From Rhodothermales bacterium (GTDB lineage Bacteria; Bacteroidota; Rhodothermia; Rhodothermales; UBA10348): DNA of 42,174 bases. Each line of letters opens with the position of its first letter. Positions within the stretch are counted from its first letter, which is position 1. The notes beneath the pieces are model-generated. The model saw only the letters and a program-made list of their open reading frames with translations, was not told the origin of the DNA and did not search any database. Shown piece after piece: positions 9,161-19,004 of this stretch. Position numbers and translations under genes: made by a program. Location: assembly GCA_030830105.1 (NCBI GenBank), contig JAURNP010000207.1, positions 1 through 42,174 of the forward strand, written 5' to 3'.

Positions 9161-10570
9161 TCACGGGAAAATACCCATCTCAGCGTAGGTGACAGCTACC
9201 TTGTTGATGGCGTTGATGAACGCGGCAGTTCGCATATCCGTCCCTTTGGAAAGCGCGATTTCCCGGGTCTCCTGATAGGCCGTTGACATCGTTTCTTCCA
9301 GACCTGAATTGACCAGGTCCACCTCGTCAGCTCCGGCGGTCAATCGCATCATCTCCGCTGGCGTGATTTCTACCTTCATGGCACCGGCAAGAGCTTTGAC
9401 AATGCGTTCGTTGGATGACTGCTCAAATCGCTTGCTCATCCGTCCAAAGCGGACGTGCGACAGGTTCTTGAGCCACTCGAAGTAGGATACCGTCACGCCT
9501 CCCGCATTCAGGAATACATCAGGCAAGAGGAGCACGCCCTTTTCGAGAAGCATGGCGTCTGCATCTGCCGTAACGGGGCCATTGGCTGCTTCTGCAACGA
9601 TTTTAGCCTGGATACGCGGTGCGTTTTCTTTGGTAATCACCCCTTCCAGCGCAGCCGGGATCAGGATATCACACGGCAGCTCCAATGCTCTCGCTGTTTC
9701 AGGGATATCGGTGGCACCCGGGAAACCGAGAATGGAGCCGGATTCCTTGCGATGCGCCATTACGGATTCCAGGTCGAGACCATCAGGATTGTGGATGGCT
9801 CCCTCGTATTCGGCGAGGCCGACGAGGACGGCGCCACCCTCCTGCATGTACTTGGCGGCATGATAGCCCACGTTTCCCAGGCCCTGTACTACTACCGTCT
9901 TACCTTCGAGACCGGGCTTCAGCCCTCTATTGGCCATATCGGTTTCAAATGAGACACTTTCCCGGATACCATAGAAAACACCGCGACCGGTGGCTTCTGT
10001 TCGTCCCCGAACACCGCCCTGTGCGATGGGCTTGCCCGTGACACAAGCTTGTGCGGTAAGTGGATCGTCAGAAAGTGTTCGATAGGTGTCAACAATCCAA
10101 GCCATTTCCCGTGCGCCAGAGCCATAATCAGGCGCCGGTACGTCCGTGCCAGGACCGATGAAGTTTTTTGCGAAGAGCTCATAGGTATAGCGTCGCGTGA
10201 TCCTCTCGAGTTCAGCGTCCGAGAAATTGTTGCGATCGATCTGGATACCGCCCTTGCCGCCACCAAAAGGGACGTTTACGATCGCACACTTGTAGGTCAT
10301 GAGCGTGGCCAGCGCCGCAACCTCATCCTCGTTCACGGCCATACTGAATCGGATCCCGCCTTTTGTCGGCAGTTTGTGATGACTGTGCTCGGCGCGCCAA
10401 GCCTTGATGACTTCGATGGATCCGTCGTCCTTTACGAGGGGAAATTCCATCTTGTATACAGAGTTGCAAATGGAAATCTGCTTGAGAAGCCCTGGCGTGT
10501 GATCCGTCAATGCGGCCGCCTTGGCGTACATGCGATCAACCTGCTGCAGAAAGCTGGGATGGGAAGCCAT
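9161..10570 (-). CDS. gdhA: Glutamate dehydrogenase (Glu/Leu/Phe/Val dehydrogenase family)
   Basis: [52 protein letters not shown]. Confidence 0.92.
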   Translation of the reverse strand: MASHPSFLQQVDRMYAKAAALTDHTPGLLKQISICNSVYKMEFPLVKDDGSIEVIKAWRAEHSHHKLPTKGGIRFSMAVNEDEVAALATLMTYKCAIVNVPFGGGKGGIQIDRNNFSDAELERITRRYTYELFAKNFIGPGTDVPAPDYGSGAREMAWIVDTYRTLSDDPLTAQACVTGKPIAQGGVRGRTEATGRGVFYGIRESVSFETDMANRGLKPGLEGKTVVVQGLGNVGYHAAKYMQEGGAVLVGLAEYEGAIHNPDGLDLESVMAHRKESGSILGFPGATDIPETARALELPCDILIPAALEGVITKENAPRIQAKIVAEAANGPVTADADAMLLEKGVLLLPDVFLNAGGVTVSYFEWLKNLSHVRFGRMSKRFEQSSNERIVKALAGAMKVEITPAEMMRLTAGADEVDLVNSGLEETMSTAYQETREIALSKGTDMRTAAFINAINKVAVTYAEMGIFP

Positions 10571-10627
10571 AAGGGACTATTTCGGGGATTGAGGGGATAG
10601 GAAACGGACAGAGAGAATCAACGTGCT

Positions 10628-10634
10628 TACCTTG
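10628..10634 (+). promoter_or_regulatory. TAnnTTG promoter element just upstream of aroE (possible leaderless transcript)
   Basis: TACCTTG ends 4 nt before the ATG at 10639. The same pattern recurs at 11506, 24245, 31453 and 35296 (minus). Confidence 0.45.
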
Positions 10635-10638
10635 TAAG

Positions 10639-11493
10639 ATGCAACGCGACCAATCCGAAAATATCGCTGATCCCTCTACGCCGCAGACCTGCTACCTCAT
10701 CGGTCATCCCATTGGGCATTCGCTCTCTCCCCTGATCCATTCGGTAGCCTACGAAGCAACCGGATTGGACTGGCATTACGCCGTGATGGATGTCCTCGAA
10801 AGAGATCTTGACGCTGTCTTGGCCGGAATTGACGGCGTGAATGTTGTGGGAGTCAACGTGACGATTCCGCATAAACAGGCCATATTCCGACGCGTGGATT
10901 CGCTGACAGAAACGGCCCGGGCAGTGGGTGCGGTGAATACAGTATATCGGCGTGACGGCAAGCTGGTGGGAGACAATACAGACGTAGCCGGTTTCATCGC
11001 TCCGCTGCGGGAATTGACCGGTTACAACTGGTCATCCAAGTCAGCGCTGATCCTGGGAGCGGGAGGTGCGGCGCGCGCCGTGGCCCATGCCCTGACTCAG
11101 AAAATGGGACTGGCAGAAGTGGCCGTATCGGCGCGACGTGAGGCCACGGCGCGCGACATCCCTAACGTGACCGTCACCGCATGGAACCAGCGAGAGGTCG
11201 CTGCTGCAGAGGCAGATTTGATCGTGAATACCACCCCGGTCGGTATGAATCCGAATGCAGACGCCTCTCCACTGCCAGACACCACGCCCTTCTCACCTCA
11301 TCAGATTGTCTACGACCTGATCTATGCGCCTCCCAGAACGCAGCTGCTTGATCGAGCTCGGTCGGCGGGCGCCCAAACGATTGGCGGCCTACCCATGTTA
11401 ATCGGTCAGGCTGCCGCCGCATTTCACATCTGGACTGGACGCGAAATGCCAATAGAATCGGTCATGAATGCCCTCCGAGACCATCGGGCCTGA
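10639..11493 (+). CDS. aroE: Shikimate dehydrogenase
   Basis: GHPIGHSLSP, NVTIPHK, GAVNT, DNTD, GAGGAARA, YDLIYAP, GLPMLIGQA. Confidence 0.95.
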   Translation: MQRDQSENIADPSTPQTCYLIGHPIGHSLSPLIHSVAYEATGLDWHYAVMDVLERDLDAVLAGIDGVNVVGVNVTIPHKQAIFRRVDSLTETARAVGAVNTVYRRDGKLVGDNTDVAGFIAPLRELTGYNWSSKSALILGAGGAARAVAHALTQKMGLAEVAVSARREATARDIPNVTVTAWNQREVAAAEADLIVNTTPVGMNPNADASPLPDTTPFSPHQIVYDLIYAPPRTQLLDRARSAGAQTIGGLPMLIGQAAAAFHIWTGREMPIESVMNALRDHRA

Positions 11494-11505
11494 ATCAGGA
11501 ATTCG

Positions 11506-11513
11506 TAACTTTG
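11506..11513 (+). promoter_or_regulatory. Bacteroidota-type -7 promoter element TAACTTTG
   Basis: Exact TAnnTTTG match in the short gap between the aroE stop and the Rieske gene ATG (11537). Confidence 0.55.
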
Positions 11514-11536
11514 AGTCCCATCAACAACGTCTGACC

Positions 11537-12652
11537 ATGTTGCCTTCCTCAGTCACAAATCAGCTGACGGACGAAGCACTCTCCGAAGCTCCGCTCGCCC
11601 GCTCGAAAACTATCCCGTCCGCATGGTACGTGGACCCGGCGTTTCACGGATTCGACCGGGACGCAGTAATTGCTCGAACCTGGCAGTATGTGGGCCCGGC
11701 CGAACGGGTACGCAACCATGGGGACTTCATGAGCGATCTGATCGCGGGCAACCCCATCGTGATTGTCCGCAACAAGGACGGAGATCTCGCCGGGTGGTTT
11801 AATGTTTGCAAGCACCGCGGTGGCCCGTTGGCCATGGAAGAATGTGGTCACGCCAAGGTCCTGCAGTGCAAGTACCATGGCTGGACCTATCTGTTGGATG
11901 GATCCCTGCGGGGCGTGCCCCGATTTGACCGCACCGAACTATTCGACAAGAAGGATTTCGGACTGGACCCGGTAGCCGTACGTGAATGGCAAGGGATGAT
12001 CTTCTGCTGTATCGAGCCCGATCATGCCCCGCCGTTCGAGGAGGTGATCGCTGGAATCGTGGAACGCATCGCACCCCTCGAGCTGGGAGACCTCGGCTTC
12101 CATCAACGCGATCGCTACAATGTGAAGGCCAACTGGAAAGTCTACGTAGACAACTACCTCGAGGGCTACCACATCCCGCTCGTCCATCCCGATTTGTGCG
12201 ACGTGCTGGACTTCCGCTCCTACCAGACGGACACCATGGAGCACTACTCCGTGCAGCACAGCCCTCTCAAGGATGAGGACAACATCTACGGCTCAGCAGA
12301 CGAGCAAGCGTTCTACTATTTCATTTATCCGAACATCATGCTGAACATCCTTCCGGGGCGCCTTCAGGTGAACCGCGTGGATGCGCAGGCCTGGAATGCA
12401 TGCCAGACCGTTTTCGACTATTACTATACGCCCGCAACGCTCGAAGCCAATCCTGAACGTGTCCAGGCCGACCGCACTTTCAGTGACCAGGTTCAGGCCG
12501 AGGACATTGGTATTTGCGAGCGCGTACAGGCAGGCCTCGAATCTCGTGCCTATGATCAGGGCCGTTTTTCCTACGATCTGGAGGGAGGCGTCCACCATTT
12601 TCAGCAGCGTCTTAAACGCTCTTACCGGAACGCACGGGACGCTGGTTCGTGA
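11537..12652 (+). CDS. Rieske non-heme iron oxygenase alpha subunit (choline monooxygenase-like)
   Basis: Rieske CKH...CKYH motif, mononuclear iron motif NYLEGYHIPLVH, and ED..ICE.VQ.GL. Start re-assigned to 11537. Confidence 0.88.
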   Translation: MLPSSVTNQLTDEALSEAPLARSKTIPSAWYVDPAFHGFDRDAVIARTWQYVGPAERVRNHGDFMSDLIAGNPIVIVRNKDGDLAGWFNVCKHRGGPLAMEECGHAKVLQCKYHGWTYLLDGSLRGVPRFDRTELFDKKDFGLDPVAVREWQGMIFCCIEPDHAPPFEEVIAGIVERIAPLELGDLGFHQRDRYNVKANWKVYVDNYLEGYHIPLVHPDLCDVLDFRSYQTDTMEHYSVQHSPLKDEDNIYGSADEQAFYYFIYPNIMLNILPGRLQVNRVDAQAWNACQTVFDYYYTPATLEANPERVQADRTFSDQVQAEDIGICERVQAGLESRAYDQGRFSYDLEGGVHHFQQRLKRSYRNARDAGS

Positions 12653-14358
12653 ACGCACGCATGAACATTGCCCTCGCACAATTCAATCCGATCGTCGGCG
12701 ACCTGACCGGCAACGCTCACCGTACGGTCAGATGGATCGAACGGGCCCGCGAAAAGGGTGCTGATCTCGTTGTGTTTCCGGAGCTGAGTGTGGTCGGCTA
12801 CTCCCCGCACGACCTTCTGGACAATGTCCATTTCATGGACGCTGTGGAAGTAGCCATCCGCTACATTCACGCGCACGTGCCTCCCGACATGGGCGTGCTG
12901 GTCGGCGCGCCGATCCGCAATCCGAACCCAGTCGGAAAGAAGCTCCTCAACGCGGCGCTCCTGTTGGAGAGAGACGTGCCTGCCCGCACAACGGCCAAGA
13001 TGCTTCTGCCCACGTACGACGTCTACGATGAGTACCGCTATTTCGAGCCGGCAGAGCGCCAGGAGGTGATGGAATTCCGCGGCATGCGTCTCGGAGTCCA
13101 TATCTGTGAGGACATGTGGAATCTGGAGGAGTATGCGACCTACCACATGTATGAACGAGATCCTGTAGCCGAACTGGTGGCACAGGGTGTCGATGTATTG
13201 ATAAACCTGTCTGCCTCCCCGTGGGCGCATGACCGCCACGTAGTCCGCACTGGCATTATCGAGTCGCTCTGCCATCGGCACAACGTTCCCTTCGTGATGG
13301 TGAATCAGGTCGGTGCCAATACGGAGCTGATATTTGATGGAGACTCCAGCGTGTTTGGAGCAGATGGGCAGCTGCTCGCTTGTGCTCCCTCTTTTGAAGA
13401 GTCCCTGTTGTTGTGGAATACCGATCACACCGTGGCCTGTGAACGGCCGCCACGCGAACGTATCGAGGATCTTCACGATGCACTCGTGCTGGGTATCCGG
13501 GAATATGTGGACAAAACCGGCGCCTTCGATGAGGTCCTCATTGGACTGTCTGGCGGAATAGACTCGGCCGTGACGGCCGCGTTGGCAGTCGAAGCGCTCG
13601 GACCCGAACGTGTCACCGGGATCACGATGCCGTCGGTCCACTCATCCGAGGGCAGCATCAATGACTCGGAGTCACTCGCCCAAAATCTGGGTATCGCCTT
13701 CCATGAGTTGGCCATCGAGGATATTGTCGATTCGTTCGAAAAAACGCTGACCCCTTTGTTTGAAGGCACGCCCTTTGGCATCGCCGAAGAGAACATTCAA
13801 GCCCGCTCGCGCGGGGTTCTCCTTATGGCAGTCGCCAACAAGTATTCCCGTATGGTCTTGACCACGGGCAACAAGAGCGAGCTCGCCATGGGCTACGCAA
13901 CGCTCTACGGTGACATGTCAGGCGGCCTGGCCGTCCTCGCCGATGTGTTCAAGATGGACGTCTACGCCCTTGCCCGCTTCATCAATGACCGGGCAGGCAC
14001 CGTCCGCATTCCGGTTTCCAGTATTGAAAAGCCCCCGTCGGCCGAGCTTCGACCTGACCAGAAGGATGAGGACTCACTTCCTCCCTACCCGCTCCTGGAC
14101 GATATCTTGCAGCGCTACATCGAAGAGCGCCAGGACGAGGAGGTCATTGCGCAGGCCACCGGCCAATCGGTCTCCTTCGTTCGTGGTATTCTGGACGCCG
14201 TCGACCGGAATGAATACAAGCGTAAGCAGGCGCCCCCCGGGCTGCGGGTGAGCGTCAAAGGATTCGGTAGCGGCCGGCGTATGCCTATCGTAGCCCGGGT
14301 CAATCGCAAGGATATCGAACGGATGATGCACGAGCTGCAGGAGGATTCCACCGCATGA
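12649..14358 (+). CDS. nadE: Glutamine-dependent NAD+ synthetase
   Basis: Nitrilase-fold E-K-C (FPEL, K..LP.Y..YDE, ICED) plus synthetase motifs GLSGGIDS, TGNKSE..GY.TLYGD and KPPSAEL. GTGA overlap with the upstream stop; alternative ATG at 12661. Confidence 0.95.
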   Translation: MNARMNIALAQFNPIVGDLTGNAHRTVRWIERAREKGADLVVFPELSVVGYSPHDLLDNVHFMDAVEVAIRYIHAHVPPDMGVLVGAPIRNPNPVGKKLLNAALLLERDVPARTTAKMLLPTYDVYDEYRYFEPAERQEVMEFRGMRLGVHICEDMWNLEEYATYHMYERDPVAELVAQGVDVLINLSASPWAHDRHVVRTGIIESLCHRHNVPFVMVNQVGANTELIFDGDSSVFGADGQLLACAPSFEESLLLWNTDHTVACERPPRERIEDLHDALVLGIREYVDKTGAFDEVLIGLSGGIDSAVTAALAVEALGPERVTGITMPSVHSSEGSINDSESLAQNLGIAFHELAIEDIVDSFEKTLTPLFEGTPFGIAEENIQARSRGVLLMAVANKYSRMVLTTGNKSELAMGYATLYGDMSGGLAVLADVFKMDVYALARFINDRAGTVRIPVSSIEKPPSAELRPDQKDEDSLPPYPLLDDILQRYIEERQDEEVIAQATGQSVSFVRGILDAVDRNEYKRKQAPPGLRVSVKGFGSGRRMPIVARVNRKDIERMMHELQEDSTA

Positions 14359-14954
14359 TTGACTACGTATCAGGCAGTCTGGCAACCAAAAAACCGACCG
14401 AAGCCGTGATTGACGTCGGGGGCATCGGGTATCGGGTCCTGATTCCGACATCGACCTACGAGCGCCTTCCCGAGCCAGGTGAGGAGACCGTCCTGCTCAC
14501 GCACCATCATGTGCGCGAAGACGCTATCACGCTGTTCGGCTTCGTTTCAGCCGAGGAACGTCGAGTGTTTGAATTGATGCTGGGTGTCTCGGGGATCGGA
14601 CCAAAGCTGGCACTAGCTGCACTCTCTGCACTGCGGCCCTCCGAGATCAAGCAGCGCATTGTGGACCGGGATGTCGCTATGCTGACCCGCATTCCGGGCG
14701 TCGGCAAGAAAACGGCGGAGCGACTGTTTATTGAGCTCAGAGACCACTTCGAAAAAGACGGGCTGGAAGAAAGCCATTCACATGGCAGCGGCGAGACGGC
14801 CGCGGGTGGAAATTTCCGAGCCGATGCCATGGCCGCGCTCGAGTCGTTGGGCCTGTCCCGATCCGCCGCCGAAAAGGCCGTGATCGGTGTGCTCCGTAAG
14901 GATCCTTCGATTCGAAACGCCGAGGAGATCATTCGGCTGGCGCTTCGCTCTTAG
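14355..14954 (+). CDS. ruvA: Holliday junction branch migration protein RuvA
   Basis: VGGIGY, VRED..TLFGF, HhH motifs VSGIGPKLA and IPGVGKKTAER, C-terminal AL.SLG domain. ATGA overlap with nadE. Confidence 0.96.
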   Translation: MIDYVSGSLATKKPTEAVIDVGGIGYRVLIPTSTYERLPEPGEETVLLTHHHVREDAITLFGFVSAEERRVFELMLGVSGIGPKLALAALSALRPSEIKQRIVDRDVAMLTRIPGVGKKTAERLFIELRDHFEKDGLEESHSHGSGETAAGGNFRADAMAALESLGLSRSAAEKAVIGVLRKDPSIRNAEEIIRLALRS

Positions 14955-16027
14955 GAATCCGCCCGCTCGATGTGCAATGTCTGTGTGGGGAACGCGAAAT
15001 CGATGCCCTGATCCGTGAATGAGCGGTGTATGGCCAGGTTGATGGCCTCCTGAGTGTCCATGAATGTCGCGTAGTCAGGCACAAGCATGTAGTAGACGAT
15101 TTCAAAGTCGATCGAGAAGTCTCCGAACCCTTTCAGATGGGCCCGATCAAAACGCACATTTTCTTGCATCTCTACGGCCGACTTCAGGATTTCTGGAATG
15201 GACTGCAGCACCGCGTGCTTCGTGTCGTAGGTGACGCCAATTGAAAACAAGGCCCTGCGCTCATTCATGCGCTTAAAATTGCGCACGCGGCTACCCAGCA
15301 AATCACTGTTGGAAAAAATGATCTGCTCACCGCTCAAGCTGCGAATACGTGTGGTCTTGATCCCAATGTGTTCGACCGTACCCGAGTGCTCGCCGATGAC
15401 GAGAAAATCTCCTAAGACGAAGGGGCGGTCGGCGATGATGGAGACGTAAGCCAGCAAGTCGGCTAGTACGTTCTGAACGGCCAGAGCAATTGCGATCCCT
15501 CCTATACCGAGACCCGCAACCAATGCCGTGACATCTACTCCGAAATTGTCGAGAAGGGCCAGGAAAACGATGGTCCACAGTACGAGGCGACCCACCATTG
15601 CAACGGCTCGTGCCGCCGTTATCTGACCCTCATCGCCATCACGTGCTTCCACATACCAGCCGGTGGCAGCTCGGATCAGGTCATTGCCCCACAGACCTAT
15701 CTGGATCAGGAAGCCTACAAAGACGACCCGCAACAGCCATGGAATGACCGGAGCATCGGAGGCAACGAATTCAACGGCCAGATAGAATGCGACCACCAGC
15801 AGAAACCATGTTCGCATCCCGTGCAACAACTCTGCAATCACATCATCGACGCGGTTGGACGTGCGCTTGGCCAACGCTGTAAAGCGCCCGAAAAAGAGGC
15901 GTCGCACGAGCATGAGCGCAAGGGTCAAACCAAGTGTGATGCCTACAAGCTCGACCCAATCTACAAGGGCCAATCCAAGAACTGTCCGATCCATGAATGC
16001 GAGAGCTATGTCAGTACTTTCCGGCAT
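14951..16027 (-). CDS. Small-conductance mechanosensitive channel (MscS family)
   Basis: Several TM helices, LVAGLGIGGIAIALAVQ pore helix, RPF..GD, GTVE.IG...T, C-terminal GIDFAFPTQ. Confidence 0.93.
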   Translation of the reverse strand: MPESTDIALAFMDRTVLGLALVDWVELVGITLGLTLALMLVRRLFFGRFTALAKRTSNRVDDVIAELLHGMRTWFLLVVAFYLAVEFVASDAPVIPWLLRVVFVGFLIQIGLWGNDLIRAATGWYVEARDGDEGQITAARAVAMVGRLVLWTIVFLALLDNFGVDVTALVAGLGIGGIAIALAVQNVLADLLAYVSIIADRPFVLGDFLVIGEHSGTVEHIGIKTTRIRSLSGEQIIFSNSDLLGSRVRNFKRMNERRALFSIGVTYDTKHAVLQSIPEILKSAVEMQENVRFDRAHLKGFGDFSIDFEIVYYMLVPDYATFMDTQEAINLAIHRSFTDQGIDFAFPTQTLHIERADS

Positions 16028-16133
16028 GGTAGTGTCGTCAGTGGATGGGAATGATTATAACACAATCACAAAAATACGTCGCAGTGCGGCCCGATTACCT
16101 CGTGGAGCGAATCTACCGCCATTATTCGCCAGA

Positions 16134-17198
16134 TTAGACTTTTCGTCGAGCCAACAGACCCCGAGAAGCCAGTAGCTCGGCGTTGAGGATCGCCCCTCCC
16201 GCAGCGCCTCGGATCGTGTTATGGCTCAAGACCACAAATCTGGCATCGAAAACCGGACATGAACGAACGCGACCAACCGAAACGGTCATGCCCGCGCCGC
16301 GATGTACATCGCGGCGCGGCTGCGGCGCGGCGTCGGCGTCATCTACCATGAGACACGTTTCTGGAGCCGACGGCAAACCAGCAACTTCATCGGGCGTCGT
16401 GAAGCTTCGCAGGGCTTGCTCCACTTGGTCAGCCGTCGGAGAGCCTGCCAGTTTGACCGAGACACATTCCATGTGGCCTTCGATAACAGGCACGCGGTTG
16501 CACTGGGCGGATACAGGAAAAGAGAGGGGCGTGACCGACGAACTGGCACCTTCCCCTTGGCGCGGTGCGAGGATGCGTAGCGGCTCGGTCTCCAGCTTGT
16601 CTTCTTCACCGCCGATGTATGGCACCACGTTGGCTACGGCATCCAAGGACGCCACGCCGGGGTAGCCAGCTCCGGACAGGGCCTGCATGGTCGTGACATG
16701 GACCGCCTCGATCCCGAACACATCTTGCAACGGCTTGAGAGCTATGGTCATTCCAACTGTGGCACAATTCGGATTCGTGACGATGAACCCCGTTTCCGAA
16801 TACGTCTGGCGCTGAACCAGGTCAACATGCTCCGGATTGATCTCCGGGATGAGCAGCGGGACATCATCATCCATGCGATGATTCTTCGCATTGGAAATGA
16901 CGGGATAGCCCGCAGCGGCAAACGCCTTTTCAACCGTCCCTGCTACGGAGCTGTCAAGCCCTGAGAAAACCAGATCACAATCCAACCTAGGCTCGCAGAG
17001 CTGTACTTCCAGGCCTGCCACACTTTCCGGCATACGAGTCGGCTCGATCCAGTGGGCTGCATCCCGATAGGATTTGCCAGCTGAACGCTCTGAAGCGGCA
17101 ACTGCTGTGATGGTAAACCACGGATGATTCTCCAGCAGTCGCACGAATTTCTGTCCTACGGCGCCCGTTGCGCCAAGAATACCAACGTTGAGTTTCAT
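16134..17198 (-). CDS. asd: Aspartate-semialdehyde dehydrogenase (archaeal/fungal-like branch)
   Basis: ILGATGAVGQ, TNPNC (catalytic Cys), QALSGAG, RVPVIEGH, HNTIRGAAG. Start re-assigned to ATG 17198. Confidence 0.94.
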   Translation of the reverse strand: MKLNVGILGATGAVGQKFVRLLENHPWFTITAVAASERSAGKSYRDAAHWIEPTRMPESVAGLEVQLCEPRLDCDLVFSGLDSSVAGTVEKAFAAAGYPVISNAKNHRMDDDVPLLIPEINPEHVDLVQRQTYSETGFIVTNPNCATVGMTIALKPLQDVFGIEAVHVTTMQALSGAGYPGVASLDAVANVVPYIGGEEDKLETEPLRILAPRQGEGASSSVTPLSFPVSAQCNRVPVIEGHMECVSVKLAGSPTADQVEQALRSFTTPDEVAGLPSAPETCLMVDDADAAPQPRRDVHRGAGMTVSVGRVRSCPVFDARFVVLSHNTIRGAAGGAILNAELLASRGLLARRKV

Positions 17199-17272
17199 GA
17201 GAGTCGAGTTCAATTCAATGCAGGAGTGCCTCGAAACAACGAGTAATACCCAAGGCACACAAGGGCCAATAA

Positions 17273-18256
17273 CTACATCGCCGCGTTGGATCGATCCATC
17301 AATTCGCGCGCATCCTTCTCAACCCGCTTGGGAAGATGAGCCGGAAGAATGAGCGTCCCATCACCCTGAGGCTGTCGGGTAGACCGTACATGCACCGGAA
17401 TGCACGCATGTAGCACAGGCTCGAAAGCATGCGCATGCATACCAAGCTGATTGGCCTCGTTCCATGTCGTTGCATCTTCCAGAAGCAGGTACAGGAATCT
17501 TCCGGCCTGCTCGTTCTTGCGCGGATCGGCCGTGTAGAGCCCGTCCACATCGGTCCACCGATCGAATTTGGATGCGCCAACTGCCTCGGCAATGAGGGAA
17601 GCCGAATAATCACTTCCCCCGCGACCCAATGTCACGACGCGACCGTCGTCATCAGCACCCAGGAATCCGGTGATCACGGGGAGTTTGTCAGCTGGGAGAT
17701 GGTGGAACCACCGCTCGGCCTGAGCACGTGTCTGATTGCGGTCTACTACCCAGGATCCAGATGCGCTTTTAACGACATGGATCAACTTACGTGCGTCTAC
17801 CCACTCTGCATTGAGGCCGTGCTGCTGCAAGAGCAATGCAACGAGCGGAGCCGACATCCACTCGCCGCTGGCCCAGATGGCATGCGAACGTAGCGCACTG
17901 GGCCCGCGACGAACGACGTCGCGCAGGTTTTCAATTCGGTCCGAAAGTCTGTTCAAGTACTCCGCGTGCCGATCGTGATCCAGGACTTCTCCTGACAATG
18001 CGAGGTGGCGACGGGCGAGCTTCCGCATGAGCACCTGTTGCCGCTTCGGCTCGGACTCCTTTTCCAGGGCGTGTAGTAAGTCGGTTACACCCGACAGAGC
18101 TGAAACCACCAGTAATGGACGCGCCATCTTGGACTCCGCCGCCACGATACCCACCAGGCGTCCGAGCGCTTCTGCCGATCCGACAGAGGTCCCCCCGAAT
18201 TTGAGCACCTTGACGAGGTGGTGCCCTCCCGCTTCCTGTATGGGGTCAGTGGACAT
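17273..18256 (-). CDS. Aspartate kinase, catalytic domain only (327 aa; no ACT or homoserine dehydrogenase domain)
   Basis: KFGGTSV, VVSALSGVTD, GE..SA, TLGRGGSDYSA, WTDVDGLYTADP, GTLI followed by a short tail. Start at ATG 18256 overlaps the SDR stop. Confidence 0.85.
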   Translation of the reverse strand: MSTDPIQEAGGHHLVKVLKFGGTSVGSAEALGRLVGIVAAESKMARPLLVVSALSGVTDLLHALEKESEPKRQQVLMRKLARRHLALSGEVLDHDRHAEYLNRLSDRIENLRDVVRRGPSALRSHAIWASGEWMSAPLVALLLQQHGLNAEWVDARKLIHVVKSASGSWVVDRNQTRAQAERWFHHLPADKLPVITGFLGADDDGRVVTLGRGGSDYSASLIAEAVGASKFDRWTDVDGLYTADPRKNEQAGRFLYLLLEDATTWNEANQLGMHAHAFEPVLHACIPVHVRSTRQPQGDGTLILPAHLPKRVEKDARELMDRSNAAM

Positions 18257-19004
18257 AACTGGCAGCGTTGATATCGATGGAACACCCGGTGGCGTGATCG
18301 GACAGGCCGCTGGCAAGCAGAACGATAGTCGGCGCCACGTCAGAGGGTTCTGTGAGTCGATCCAAAGCAATTCCGCCCAGAACGAAGTCCTCTCCGTAGG
18401 CATCAATGGCATCCTGTGCCATCGCCGTGCGGACGAATCCAGGGGCGATAGTGAACGCTTTGATGTTTTGTTTACCGTAGGCTCGTGCCACCGAACGGGC
18501 CAGGGAGACCATGGCTCCCTTCGAGGCCGCATAGGCCAGATAGTCTTCAGAGTCACCACGGAAGGCTGCGCGGGAGGCCATGTAGATGATGCGTCCGCCA
18601 CCGTTTTCGATAAAGTGCGGAATGGCTGCGCGCGTCAGGATGCCTGACGCGCGCGTATTCACGTCCATGGTCTTATCCCATTGCTCCACCCACTCGTCCA
18701 AGTCGCGCTCAACGGGAGAGTGAAGGGCAATTCCAGCGTTGTTGATCACGCAATCCACGCGCCCGTAGGCACCGACCACATCCCGGAAAAGGCGGTCAGC
18801 CTCCGAGGCGTCCGAGAGATCGGCCCGGAAAGCCTCGCTCTTGCCACCAATCTCCTTGCACAAGGCCACGGCCTCGTCGGAGGACGATGAGTAATGCACG
18901 GCGACGGTAGCTCCGGATGCAGCCAGCTGTTTGGCGATTTCCCGTCCAATGCCGCGGCTGGCGCCGGTTACCAGAATGATCTGTCCTGTCAGGTCGATAT
19001 GCAT
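18246..19004 (-). CDS. SDR oxidoreductase embedded in the methionine operon
   Basis: TGASRGIG, NNAG, S...YAASK. Overlaps metX by 16 bp and the aspartokinase by 11 bp. Confidence 0.9.
   Translation of the reverse strand: MHIDLTGQIILVTGASRGIGREIAKQLAASGATVAVHYSSSSDEAVALCKEIGGKSEAFRADLSDASEADRLFRDVVGAYGRVDCVINNAGIALHSPVERDLDEWVEQWDKTMDVNTRASGILTRAAIPHFIENGGGRIIYMASRAAFRGDSEDYLAYAASKGAMVSLARSVARAYGKQNIKAFTIAPGFVRTAMAQDAIDAYGEDFVLGGIALDRLTEPSDVAPTIVLLASGLSDHATGCSIDINAASYVH

Noticed and set aside
14355-14954. ruvA without adjacent ruvB/ruvC
   Set aside because: Dispersed ruv genes are common in Bacteroidota-related genomes.
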